Assembly: GCA_964035545.1 (NCBI GenBank) | Contig: OZ037769.1 | Span: 4,755,929-4,819,928, forward strand | Source of the DNA: Bugula neritina | Lineage: Eukaryota; Animalia; Bryozoa | Direction of reading: 5' to 3' | Length of the DNA stretch: 64,000 bases | Part shown: positions 1 to 13,668 of the stretch, one piece after another | Layout: the number at the start of each line of letters is the position of its first letter | Numbering within the stretch: position 1 is the stretch's first letter | Program-made: the position numbers and the translations under genes | The notes under the pieces: generated by a model | The model's input: the letters and a program-made list of their open reading frames with translations, nothing else | Database searches by the model: none | What the model was told of the DNA's origin: nothing

Positions 1-1791
1 TAATTTTTAGATAATTACAGTTATGACTATAGTGTTGCGTAATGTATGTTACGTGATGTTTTGGCAAGCTGTGCTACATCATGTTGCATAATATTTTACA
101 CAGTTTCATTTACTAAATTGATGGTTTCTTTTAATTTTGAATATATATATATATAAATGAATATCTAACTTTTTGTTCTTTCACCTGCATATGGATCTAG
201 ATGATTGGCTGGGATGTTATAAATTATAAACTGAGTTTACAACCTGTAAATCCGGGTATATAATTATGGTGTTTATGTATAAGCTATGTGTGTATAATAT
301 TTATATAATTATTTTAGATATATTGCAAGCCTAGTGTAATCACATATATATTATATCACACCTATATAATACAACTGAGCGTTGATATGATTACATGCTA
401 AGCAAATTTCATTCTACATAATGTAATTATGTTATTGAACTACTGTAGCGGAATACAATTTTTACTAAAGGTTATTATTTAGAAAAAGTTATATCCATCG
501 AAAACCTTTATTTGGTACAGTGTTAATTCTTTGCATATGCTAGCGGAGTCACCAAAAAATTATTGTTGTGATGCTTTATAGCTCTGAATCATTCAGCTTG
601 CTATTTAACACACGTTACTTTCTAGGAGTAAGAAAAATCATGCTTTATTTGTTGTACATTGACATCAATAATATATGTTAAATAATAAAGTTTAAGCAAA
701 AATATAAATTTATTTTTAATAAAACAAGTTGTATGAGAATGTGAACCAAGACATTTTTACTATAAAGTTATTTAAAAGGTATCAATGCAGTTATTCAACA
801 GAATCTCATACACCACACGTTATGTGTATACTGTTGCTATTATACACATATACGTGTCTAATAACCTATTTAAACTTGCTATGACGTTTGTGTAGGTGTT
901 TTCTGGAAGTAGATTACATATAAAATCTGAGGATTTCCTCATATGACCATTTCCTCAAAATTATTGAGGTAGCTTACCCAATGATACGAGAGTATGTAAA
1001 GGATGCAAGGACAGCAGTATATAGCTACTTCTTAGCTTTGATTGTATAATACTTTGAAAATAAAGCTTAATAGAAAAACTCAAAACCACACCTGAAGGTA
1101 TTTATTATATAAGCACGTGCTGACAACTATTAAAAATTAAAAACCAAAAGTTCCAGCACATTTTCAAATATTTATTTTAAGTTTGAATAGACAGCTTCTG
1201 GAGCTGAATAATTCAATATTTATTAGATTTTTTATTTTCTAAAGATTATTTGTCTGCAATAAGTTTTTTCTAACCGTCATCTTTTATTTTGATGCTGCCG
1301 TAAAATAAATATGCTTTTAATGCCATCAAGATAAATAAAGCTGAAAATGCTGAAATATTTATTATTAATAAATTAATTAATTTTTTATGCACAATATCTG
1401 ACAATAATATGGTACATAAGTATACAAGTACGCAGATAAATGTTACAGTTAGAACAATTTTAGACACACACATATATATAATTCAATGGTTTTTTTAGCG
1501 ATAAACATCAAAATAACTTATTTTAGATAGCTCACCTATTTTTAGTAAGCAGCAGCAGTGTATTTTATAAATTAGTATGTAAATGTTTATTGATGGCAAA
1601 GTCAAGAGTATTTGAGTTCAATTTTTAAATTGACACATAAGTGGTGCTTGTACTCTATTTTAGTCACATGTAAGTTATATCAATTCCTTTATTTATTTTT
1701 AGAACGATTTACTGAATATATAGAATTTACTATTTTGATGCTACTGGATGTCATGTGAGTGATTTAATGACATAAAAATTTACATCTTAAT

Positions 1792-4700
1792 TTATGCAAA
1801 CTCTTTTTTATCCGCTTGAGAGTTATCAGTTCTTTTGTTTTGTTTACGCACCAGTGGCATGTAACTATATAAGGAATTGTAAAATTGCTCTATGATGCTC
1901 TTTTTCTCTTTTTCTTGTGGGAACAACAATATTCCAGATATCTAAAAAGAGATAATAATAGTTCAATTATTAATCTAAGTTTCATTTCTACAAGTTTATA
2001 TGACGAGCTGTTATATAGATGACGATTGAGAAAGATTTATACAGTTAATGTTATATATTGGCACACAAAATATAAGGAGTGTGGTGGGCAGCGAGTTACC
2101 ATACTCGAGTTATATGTGATTCTTTACTATTTCCATTATTTAGGTATCAAAAATCCAAAGCTCATATATGTTTTTTTATTTTCCATTAAAAAACCTTAGC
2201 ATTCACATTCTAATTCAAAGTTTTCTACATTTAATTTGTATGAAAACAATTAAATTTATTTAGATTATTAAGGTTTGAAAATATACTGTTCATGACACTT
2301 ACAGCTACAGCTGCTGAACAGTCCAGATTTTCTGCCAATATCTCATCCATGGCTTGACTTTCTTCCTCGAGCTGGGCATGTGGTGGTTTGATGAAGATTA
2401 AAGGTACATTGTTGGCAATGGCTACGTTGACAGACAAGTCACAATAGTCTGTCTGTAGCCCCTCAGAACTTAGTATTACTATCACTCTGCGACTATTCTT
2501 TATATAGTCAGTCATCTGCTCGGGTATAACTAAAATTGGTCCCAGAAAACTACAGAGTTGTTATGTCTTTAGCTTTTTTAATAAAAGAAATTAAACAATT
2601 TTTCAAGCCAATAGCAATGCACTTATAGTATTAATACTCAAATAGAATATGTTGATGTGTTAGTGATTGGAAATTTTGCTTATAGCTTAGAAATTATAAT
2701 TGATTTACAATGTTTAAATAGTTGTCTTCTCATGCAGGCTAATTCCAGTTTATATAACATTAATCTATAAACTTTGTGAAAGCTCTACATAAACATCGAA
2801 CAGGCAAAACATTTGAACAAAAATTATAATCATGTAGGACAAATTTGTATTTGAGTGATGAAGTATTTTAAAGTTTTTTGCAAAATTTGAAACTTCTGCA
2901 TGTCAATGCATTCTAAGCTTTTGAGATCCTTACGCTTCTATCTACAATCAGTTGTACTTGAAGTATACGAGTTGTACTTGAAACACAAATATTACCTGAA
3001 CCAATGAGAAAGTCTCTGTCCGGGATACAAAGAGTGTAGTAGGTGCTTAGTTGTCCCATCAGGTACTTTGAAAAGAACTCCTGGTCTCTCTCTCCCTTAG
3101 AGCACACAACGTAGGCATCGAATAGCTTGTTCCCTAAAGAAATCAATAATTTTTTATATTGTTTTGATATAATATTATAGTTTACTAAAAGTTCTTCTTT
3201 TAATTCCCAAGCAATTTTAGTGTTTATTGAAAGGCTGTGAATTTGAATCTTTCAGAATTGGAACGAATTTGACTGCAAATAAAAAGTTGTAACTTGTAGC
3301 AGTATTAAAAGTTAAAAACAGTAGACAATTGTTGAGTGTTAAATAATAATTTGCAAAAGTAATGACTTTAAATTTTTTCAAATTTAACAAATTAATATGC
3401 TTAGATTGCTATTTCAGCTTATAAGAATTTCAAACTTGCTCAAAGCGCTTTTCAAGTTAAATGACGAAAGTGCTATACTGTGGTTAAGCTCCACTCATTT
3501 AATTCTAACATCACAGTGATTATATTACGGTTTTCAAAAAAAAAGAATCTCGTCAGGCACACTAGTGAGTACCTACTGCATTGTGATGAATCCTAAAAGA
3601 AATTTGCATTGCAAATTGAAAGGTTAGCTTTGACTTAATTTTACTTATGATGTGCGCTTTCAGCCCTATAAAGCATAATCTTATTACGGCCACAAACTAT
3701 AAGCCAGAACTTTAAAAGCTATAAGTGATTGATTAAATGAAATTGAATAAACTCACATCTAATATTATTTAACTTCATTGAGTATGATAACCAGAATTAT
3801 ATCATGTATACCAATATGCATTAGCCATGAAAGTCTTAAGCACGAAAATGTGCTTCTATCTTGCTACAGGAAATGCTCTTTTATTACAAATAGCAACTAA
3901 TTTGAAAAAAATTTAGCAATATAATTTTGGCACATTCTTATAATCTACATTGCCGTGAGAACCCCTGATGGAAAGAGCTTTTTTAAATTGGGCTAATTGC
4001 ATTAGTTTATTTAAAAATAATATGCTTTAGCATACATAGAGTTTTCTTACCTTTATTAGTTGGATTAATATATGTATTCCAAAGCAAGGAGAGCTCTTTC
4101 CTGAACAGGTGGAGGAGTGAGACAACAATCACTAGTATACAGATAACAGCAAGAATCGGAATCACTATTTTTATTGCTAGTTTTTCATCAAAGTATTTGG
4201 AAATAGTGATGGGGTTAGGAATCTTCTTTGCTGCAAAAAAGATTTTCTTAAACTAAAATCGGTATCGAGTTAAAAGTATATATTATAATTATAGTCATAT
4301 AAATTTTGGTTTGCAATGTCTTGTAAAATAGTTGTAGCTTTTTGTGAAAGTTACTAGCTTGTCAATTCGCACAACTAAAATACTTTGCTGAAAAAGAAAG
4401 TATGCTATATCCTTATGTTTACAAGTAGTAGTCAATAAAATTACAGAGTTGTAAACCTGTTTAGCTCTCTAACAATTTATGCAAAATAAGCTGATGGTTT
4501 CAAGGATGCTCAATGTTATCTCTAAAGCATTCCCATGAAGCTCTGATGTCTTTAAATGATTAATTATGAGTATAATGTGACATTAGGCCAGCAACTTGCT
4601 CATTGTAACCCTATTAATTAAGAAACAAAAAACAATTAATAATTATAAAATATGTTTTGATCTTTTAACTAAATCAATCTTTTAGGATTTGGGAGCACTG

Positions 4701-7700
4701 AAACATTTTTTAAGATAATCCTTGATTGATTAAATTAATCTGCGTATAGAATCATCCGTTTATAATACAGATAATCTTGCAGACCCGGATATCTGAAGGA
4801 ATGCTACTCAGCTGTAATTAACAAACTATACACTATCTCTATACTTTGTTTCTATGAGTAAATATTCTTTTTAAAGCAGTTTGAATCTCTGAAGTCAAAA
4901 TATAATACTCTAAGAACTGCTTGCAGCAAAGTAACTTACATTTATAATGTCAAGCACACAACAACTACTCATGTTGTCGAAATTTACAACTAAATAATGG
5001 TTATATGTTTATCTCAAGTCTTAGAGAAGCAATTAGTGTGTTAAACTCTTTGGCCATGGAGCCCATAATTTCAGTTCATATTGGATAACTTGTGCTAGTA
5101 AATTAATATTTGATCAAATGGACAAAGCAAGCCTTAATTTTTTGCTAAAAGCAATTTAATTTACAAGCAGTAATTCTTACAAAAGTTCTGCAACCAAATC
5201 AATCAATAAATCCATCAGCTAATAAATTAGTTATTCAATCAAACAATCAGTCAATCAGCTAATAAATTAATTGGTCAATAAATATTTAAATAATAAATAA
5301 TCGCTTATATACACTGCGCTTCCATTGCTTTGAATTGATCCATTGGGATGCTATGAATGTAGTTTCAATCGATGCAACTATTCCCAAACATCCAATGAAA
5401 AATTTATTCACATTATGCAAAGCAATGGAAACGCAGTCATGCAAATGATTTCGTAAAACAATTCTATTTTATAATAAATTTTATAAATTATATAACTGTT
5501 GAGCAATTTTTAAATAAAAACCAATGATAAACTTAGCTTATCAAAAGTGACAGGAAGCTAGAAACATACATTCACAAGTGGCAGCAAATTCAAAGTCAGC
5601 TTTAACGTAGTTGTGTCTCCTGGGCATGCAGTAGTATTTAGTCTTGAGCTGTCTCTCTGTGATGTTTGTGAAGACCAGAGTGGAATGAACTGAGGTGGCT
5701 CTGTCATCTCTACAACCCATAAGATTATTACATCACGTGATATTTGACATAGTTTTGATGGCGGTATCTTTAATTGAATAATTTATACCAGTTTAAAAGT
5801 TGCTTATTGTAAAATTCCTTTTCTAAAACTTATAGCTACAAGTGCCATCTAAGTTGTCACAAATCTGTAATTTGGGGCTAAAAATGGTAACTGTTGTAGG
5901 TTAGAGATATGCTTTAATTTAGACAGTTCTAATGCAAAATAATCAGCTTTAACATGTAAACTAACTAGGTGCATCTAGTTAAAATGTATAAACTAACATT
6001 GGAAATTATTCATGCTATATAAGAGGAAATTAGAAATTTGGTGTTTAAATCAACATGGCTTAACATGATTCTAAAAACTAAATGGTATTATAAGAGCATA
6101 ATACTCGTATCATAAACCCAACAAATATTATACTAAATCATATATACACAAAATTAATACATATATAAATAAGAATGGATTATATATTATATACAACTGT
6201 ATAAAGCCTATATGCAGATACAAAATATGGGACTTAGTTGAAATGAGCGTAGTACAACAACTTACGATCTAATAGTGACAATCCTAACATTGGAGTAGCC
6301 TTCATGGATAGGAGAAATAAATGTTTCATTGTAATCATAGAACTGAAGGAACTTTAGAATTGGTGCTGTGCATTTATCATCGCCAAACATAATCTCACAT
6401 TCAATGGACACATCATCTCCAACAGATGCACATGGGCTCTGCGGTAGAATGGTAAAGTATGGCCGTATTTCCTGGCAACCTGAAACAGCAACTTTTACAT
6501 ATGTTTTACATGTTTTACATGTTATACTTGTTATACATGCGTGTGTGTGTGTGTGCGTGTGCGTGTGCGTGTGCGTGTGCGTGTGTGTGTGTGTATACTA
6601 TGACTCACTTGGGATTACAGAAACCAGCATGCTGTGAGATAGTACATTGTCGTCATTCTTCACAAGTTCACATTTAAGCACAGAAGCTCCAACTGGTGTA
6701 GCCTTAGCCCAATGTAAAACCTGCCCGTCCTCTTTCAGTGCAAACTGGTGGTCATCCTCTTCAATTAGCTTATGGTTAAGATACCTAGGCAATATGAGCT
6801 CATTTTATAATATTATATATATTTGTATTGTATATAAATCAAATCCTTTATGCAAGTACACTACCTATTGTGTAATATATCAAAGTTTATCAATATTTAG
6901 GTAACATAAGTTATGTAAGTAAGTTGGTTACTAGAACGATTTTTTTCTTTACGAAATAATAATGAATATTGCTGCTATGGTATATGTACAAGCTACAATG
7001 CTTTTTGCCCATACCTGCATTCTGAAAACAACAAGCGCCAAATAAGATACAAACTCATTAATAAAAAAGAGGAAGTTGAGTTAAAGAACTTTCTACCTTT
7101 ACAGGAGTTAATCTGTTTTTGGACCACAAGAATAACCTACATCCACTCAAAAGTTCTAAACAGAGCACGTTAATGCTTATATAATATTGTTGTTTATGCC
7201 TCCATAGCATACAGTGGTTCTTATTTGGATAGGTACATTCTAGACTTCCAATTTAGTAAGTGTGGAGGAGAACGGCAAGCAATCCAAAATAAAGTTGTCT
7301 TTGTTCTAACAAATTTATTCTTTTGGTACTTGCTTCAACATTGTTTTTCTTGTAAAGCCAAATAATTGGCTAATAACTGATCCAATTAACATACACTAAC
7401 TTTATATATAATGTGTTATTATAATAGTGAAAGCTAATCTGAATAAATGGCTCTACAAATCTAACCCCCCCCCCCCACCCTTCACTGTAAACGTATGACA
7501 AAACATGACTTTATAAGCTGATTCATTAGAGAATTATTGTGCTATAGCAATAGTTGATCTATACTAGCGTGCTGCAGTAATATCTAACTTACCATCTGAC
7601 AGTAGTAAATCCGGTTCCACAGCAATGAACTAAGCTGTATCTGTCCTCAGTTGCAGCAATCAGTTTGACAGGGTAGTAACGAGAATTATAAGGAGCTGGG

Positions 7701-8355
7701 TTGACAAATGCCAAGTCTGTAACGTAAAGGGATAGTGTAAAGCAGGTTTCATACCTTGACGTTTTTAAATATGAATTTGATTTGGGTTATAGATTTCAGA
7801 TTATGAATATAGTAAGAATTTTTTTACTATCTGTAATGAAAATTCTTTAAAACACCTATTATGAAGCGAAGGCAAAATTACAGTTTTTATAAATAGCCCA
7901 GTTCTTTGTGGTGTATAATGTTCTCTGACTATATGAAATAAAGCAATGTCATATCCTAAACCAAATATATAAACGATCAAGCTAGAAATAAGATGTATGT
8001 CTGTGCTTAAAGGTTAACTACTAATATATACACTTTGCATTTATCTGGCCGCTGGATAAAAAGAAAACCAACATTGGAATAAATTAAAACCAGTTATTAA
8101 ACAATGCCCCAACATAAAAACCTCATAAGTATTAATAATATTATATACTATTAGTCTTATTGTTAGATTAGGTTGGTAAAAATTAAGCCTTATTATTCAA
8201 TATTAAACAAACTGTGTATTATATTCAATGTAGCACTCACCATCGTTAGGATTAGAATTGTTGACGCAGAACTGTACCCCAAAGTTGTAATCTGACAAAA
8301 CCGTCTTGAATAACATTGTAATCAGAACAAGCACTCTTGATATTATAAGCTCCAT
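1792..8355 (-). CDS. Ig-TIR transmembrane receptor (interleukin-1 receptor-like architecture), ~487 aa, 9 coding exons
   Basis: Exons 8241-8355, 7593-7716, 6609-6784, 6266-6479, 5570-5709, 4051-4230, 2996-3133, 2303-2529, 1792-1941, all GT-AG with matching phases (1464 nt). Signal peptide MELIISRVLVLITMLFKTVLS; two Ig-like units (VHCC..VRWY..LKC; IEC..LVFTNIT..YYC); TM IVIPILAVICILVIVVSLL; TIR box1 FDAYV, box2 LCIPDRDFLIG, SRRVIVILS, box3-like FYNSLYSYMP. Confidence 0.88.
5313..5437. mobile_element. small fold-back/MITE-like element in intron
   Basis: Inverted arms ACTGCGCTTCCATTGCTTTG / CAAAGCAATGGAAACGCAGT plus inner CATTGGGATG / CATCCAATG; no clear TSD. Confidence 0.5.
6540..6594. repeat. 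(TG)n/(TGCGTG)n microsatellite
   Basis: Direct reading. Confidence 0.95.
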
Positions 8356-10917
8356 TTGAGGGATACTACAATAAGCAGAAGCTCTTTATGTCAAAGCTAT
8401 AAGAGTATATCAAGTTATTCCTATCATATATATTATATATAAGTGCTACAGCTATGCATATAAAATGTGTTGATTAGTAAATACAGGCATTATGCAAATA
8501 TCTTTGCTATTTCAATGTGAATTTATCTTGCAAATATACATGGTATTAGTATTGCGTAATTACATAATAAAAAGCAACAGCAATTCCATAAGTATTGATG
8601 ATAAAAATACAGTTGTTAAGTTTATTTTGCTGTAATAAATCCATAACTTGTGAAGAATAGAAATAACATAATTTATAAGAAGTTTATATTATATAACACA
8701 ATTTTTCAGGTATATATACTAAGAAATTTAACTTTTTTTGTTTACAGCGAAAAAATTCATTCTAAGAAAAACCTGTTTTAAAAAAGCTTTTAATACCATA
8801 TTTTACACTGGAGGTGCACCATATTTTCTGAGTTTGTGTTTCGAAGCACACATGCAGTTATTGCACAGCACATGTTTCTTTTCCTTTTATAATGTTAGAT
8901 TTTATATGTATCTTTTTCGGGTAAATTGAAAGTGCTGGTTTCAAAAGCTACCTTTGAAAATAGCCAAACCTGCACAAACATCAGTTGCATGCTCTCTGTC
9001 TGACTGTATAATATACATAACTCAAATGCTAAGAGTGCACTAGTATATGAAGCTCAGGACGTAATGTTACTTACCTTTGTGAAAAAAGCTCCTAATTTAT
9101 AGCTGCAAACTTACAAAGTTAAGAGCAGTGAATCTACTTTCTACACAGACTCCTGTCCTTACAGCTCAGCAACAGAACTACAAATAACTCCGTTAGATTA
9201 TGTAACAGCCAAACCAAATACTTTGTATTTTAATTACTTCATCACCAATACCACTGGCTTAAGCAGGAAAGTGGTACACAAACGCATAGTATGATATATA
9301 GCATGAAACCTAATCTATTTAAACCACACTATCTTAAAGTTGGTGAGTTCTGGTCTCGGTGGTCATAGGCATGGTAACCCACAAATACCAACCACCACTT
9401 GACACTATGCTATATGGAAAATATAAATGGTTCTTTGATATCTGGTGTACTTATGATGGCAAAAACAACTGCTTGACTTAAAGTGAACAGGGCCAATAGA
9501 AAACAAGAAAACATTTTCTTTTTTATTATGATTTTTCATAACTATTTTTATAGGTTTTTCAGAGATCTAATTTGCAGAGAAGATTTTAAACTTCTCACAA
9601 ATGAGTTTATATAAGCAAATGTTTTAACTTTTTTTTCAAACCACTAGTGCTGCATAATATTATAATAGTGGTTTTATTGAGCTATAGATAAAAAAGAAAA
9701 AACTCATTTGAACTAAAACTGGAAATACGGCAAGTTAGGTACTGTAGTCAGTCATAAAATAACAATGGCAAACTGAATTCAAAAGGTCAAACCGAAAATT
9801 AAATTGAGCAGCACGCTAAATCATGTCACCCACTAGCTATACACAGTAATTAATAGATTCAGCATTTAGGAGAAGTAGTGGAGAAGTTGAGATAGCCTAA
9901 GCTCTTTAATTTTTCTCATTAAATTGTGGTTTGGGGCGCAAGTTGAAATTATCGAAAGAACATAACTTCTTTTGCTACATTTCTAATCTAGAACACAGGC
10001 TTTTTTCAATTTCTCTATTACTGCACCTAACTCAGATTCAGCTCCATAAAATTTGTTACATAGCTTTGACAAATATTTAATTTTTAAAAAATCTTCCGAC
10101 CAATGGAAAGATTGCATAACATAGCATTTCATATTTTATTGAGTTTGACTGGAAAATAACACAGGTGAATATTCATTGATTTAGTAATGACCAGTTTATG
10201 TATTGAATTTTATCCTTTTAATAATGCCCTGATAATGTTATATATTTCATTAGTAATTTTTCTTAGCCAAAACTTTTCCCCAATCAGTGCATAAGAAGGT
10301 GATTATTTATCCAAATTAATAGCTTATAGGGAGACAGGTAAATAAACATGTCCTTCCAATCAAGTTCTTTCTTGCTTGGTTGTCATGTTTAATAAGTTTA
10401 TTGTCTTAGAAAGACTGTTTCTAGAATTTCATAGAGATGTTATATATTCTAGCCTCTACATTATGTTATAGTTACAATATAGACTTAACATTTAGTTATG
10501 AGTAACTCTACATCTACTCCCTGCCCACATTTGCAATCGGTTTTTGTTAGACCCGCACCACTTAGAAGTTTCTTTTACAAAAACTTAGAACTTAGAAGTT
10601 GCCTTTACAAAAACATAGTAAAATTAAGCCAACAGAATGATTTAATTATTTTAGTTGAATATTTAGTAATTGTCTCCCCTTTTTTATTTCTGCCTGTAAC
10701 ATACTGTAATAGTTTGTAATGTTTAGTACAAGAATAATATTCAAATTTTAATTTGTATGAAATTGATGTGATAATGAGCAAAGATTAATAATAATGCACT
10801 AATCTGACAATGTGTCTCATCTGTCAACATGCTCATATTTTTGGCTATATTTGGAAAACAGTTGAAATGTCATCTGTATTATGTGGCGATTAGTGCATCG
10901 TGACTGCATGTACACCA

Positions 10918-10918
10918 T

Positions 10919-10953
<35 letters not shown>

Positions 10954-11181
10954 CACACACAAACAAACACACACCCCCACCTGCACACATGCACCCACAC
11001 ACATATGCGCAAACACACACACACGTGCACACACACACCAACAAACACACACACACAAACACAAACACACACACCCACCTGCACACATGCACCCGCACAC
11101 ATGTGCGCAAACACACACACACGTGCACACACACGTGCACACACACGTGCACACACACGTGCACACACACACACACACACA
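10918..11181. repeat. compound (CACG)n/(CA)n microsatellite
   Basis: Direct reading; explains the six overlapping low-complexity ORFs. Confidence 0.95.
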
Positions 11182-13668
11182 TGCCATCTAGTAACCATAT
11201 GCAGGAAGTCATAAAACCAGGGGGTAAGTTTAGTAAGTATGATGAGTATACACTTATATTATCTCTGAAAATATTTTCATTTTCTTGGAGCTTAATTTGC
11301 ATTCATATAATAATTCTAACTGTAATTGTATAATAATACTCAATCTTGCTTATTTTGGTTAAAATAGTTGTAGTCAATATCAAATATCAATATCAAAGTC
11401 TGGAGTTGCTTTCCCAACTTATAACAGCTCAAGTTTGCTTTGAATATGCTCAGATGAAAACTTAGCAGTTTCGGAAATTTCTGATTTTGCTGCTATGTTC
11501 AAGCAGTGCTGCTTTTGTTGACAATTTAAAAGCTACTGTGTTACAAAAAATATAAAGCTATTGAATAAGAAGTTGTCTTTCCTTTATCAAAAAATTGCAG
11601 CGTGAAAGATCTTCGAACTTGCCCTAAGATTCTAAGAAAGCTACTAACTTTCTGAAAAGTTGCAGCTAATAATATACTGGTACCAATATATTTGAGGTGC
11701 TATTAGGATATTATTCCTATACATTTTGTTATAAGTTAGTGTAACCTATGTTAATCAAATGACCTATTCTAGGTTGTTTGTTACGCTAACCCAACGAGCT
11801 ATTTTTGCACTTGAATACAATGGTGTTTTTTTCTCACCTTTCTCTGCTTTGTCCTGTTCGGGTAGCCGGAGTTGAATACAATGATCTATTACAGCCAAAT
11901 GAGGGCAGTGGACAATAGTAGTTGTCTTATCATAACTCAAAATGTCCTACTTTTTCATAATTCCTATACAATCTATAAATTATATTGGTGAAAAGAGTGC
12001 AGCATATTTATTGTCTTTCCTTCATTAATGCTTCAACGCTTGCTTGTGTTTATGGGACAGTACAATGATATATTAATTAGATTTTAATGTTGTGCTACCA
12101 ACCAAAAAATAGCAGGCGTTAGGATATTCTGTGAACTAGTAGTCTACTATTGGGTGCATTCAAGCGTGACGAGACTCATCGCTTATCGGAGTCTGTGTAT
12201 TTTAACAATGCACATGTTCTAGTTTATACGTTGCAGCAAACACTCGAGGTTGTTTAGTTGGTACTGAAAGAATACATGAGTTGAAACTGGAATATTTATG
12301 TACTTATACATACGTTGTTTTATATTATTCTAATTCAGTGTTATCACCTAAACAAACTTTGTGCTGCATCTAGCGATTTTCGTGTAACTTATTGCAGACT
12401 GGTGGCACACGAATACTAACTAGTCACTGGGGGTGAGTAAGTTATATGATAGTATCTTAAGTTATTGAAGGCTTATTGGTCAATAGAAGCCAAGACTTGT
12501 AACTTCCACAAATCACGGCTACACCTTTTTTTATCGAAAACCACTCAGCTACTTATTTTCCGTGAACAAAAGTTAAGCACTGATTTGAGTTCCTGGATGG
12601 TTTCCCATTGCCAGAGTAGCGAAGAAGGCTTTGAATTTTAAGTGACTGTCCATATTTACTTTTAGTACATGGTTATAGCTTTTGAAAGCTAACACTGATG
12701 CTGTATTTCCATTTGTATGCCAGTTAATTCTGATTAGCCTAAGGTGTATAGCAGCAGTAAGTTCCCAGAAAGAACATAGGAGGCCTCTTTGCTAAGTTAT
12801 ACTTATTGTGCCCCCATATCAGGGTGATGATAAAATACAAAGTGATAAGACACCAATACAAGTCCACCAGCTTCATGTTTTTCTTGTGATTAGATTAGCT
12901 TAGGTTAAGAAAACTCAATTTTAGCGTAGAGTTTGAAAGGGGGGGGAGGTTTTAGCTGTTATGAGATGTTGCCAAAACTATCCAATGCTTTTGCCTTTTC
13001 ATTTGTAGAGCCATTGAATATATTTACTTTGATTACTAGTTTACTAAGCTAGAATTCTTACTGGGCTAAACAGAAATTATTTATTAATGAAGCTAGCTGT
13101 CATATTATTTGGGCTGCAGAGCTCATAGTGGGAAACTAGCCATACCACGTAATGTCTGTATTAGGTACAGATTTCTTCCTGTTTCACGTATTTAATGCAC
13201 TTCATTACTGTTTGCATAAACTTGGGCAACAATATGTTTTACTCATCAATAGCATATATGCACCATCACTATATAATCTGTATTAGTGATACAACCTGTG
13301 GTAATGGAATAGTCTTGTATAGTGGTATAGGCTTTTAGTAGTGTGTATAAGCATTTTGTACTTGTATAAGCCTTGTATAAGCCTGTATAGTAGTAGCATA
13401 AACCTAGTATAAGCATATAATTATGTAGTAGAGGTAGCGTAAGCAAAGACTGCAAATTAATTGGAGATATTGTTTTGGCAAATAATAGCATGTATAGCTG
13501 AATGCGTTTGCATTTGTGTTAGTCTTGGAAGACTGAAAGTTAGAATTGTATTTTGGAAAGTAACTATAGGGAATTCTATATGAGTTTACAAGGTTACTAG
13601 CTTATCTAATGCAGTACTAATGAAGTTTACTCTAATACATGTTCTTATCTTGCAGGTAAACAGCAGAT

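Noticed and set aside
10817-11333. Overlapping Cys/Val- and His/Thr-rich ORFs (also at 6368-6677 and 25434-25837)
   Set aside because: Translations of CA/TG microsatellites
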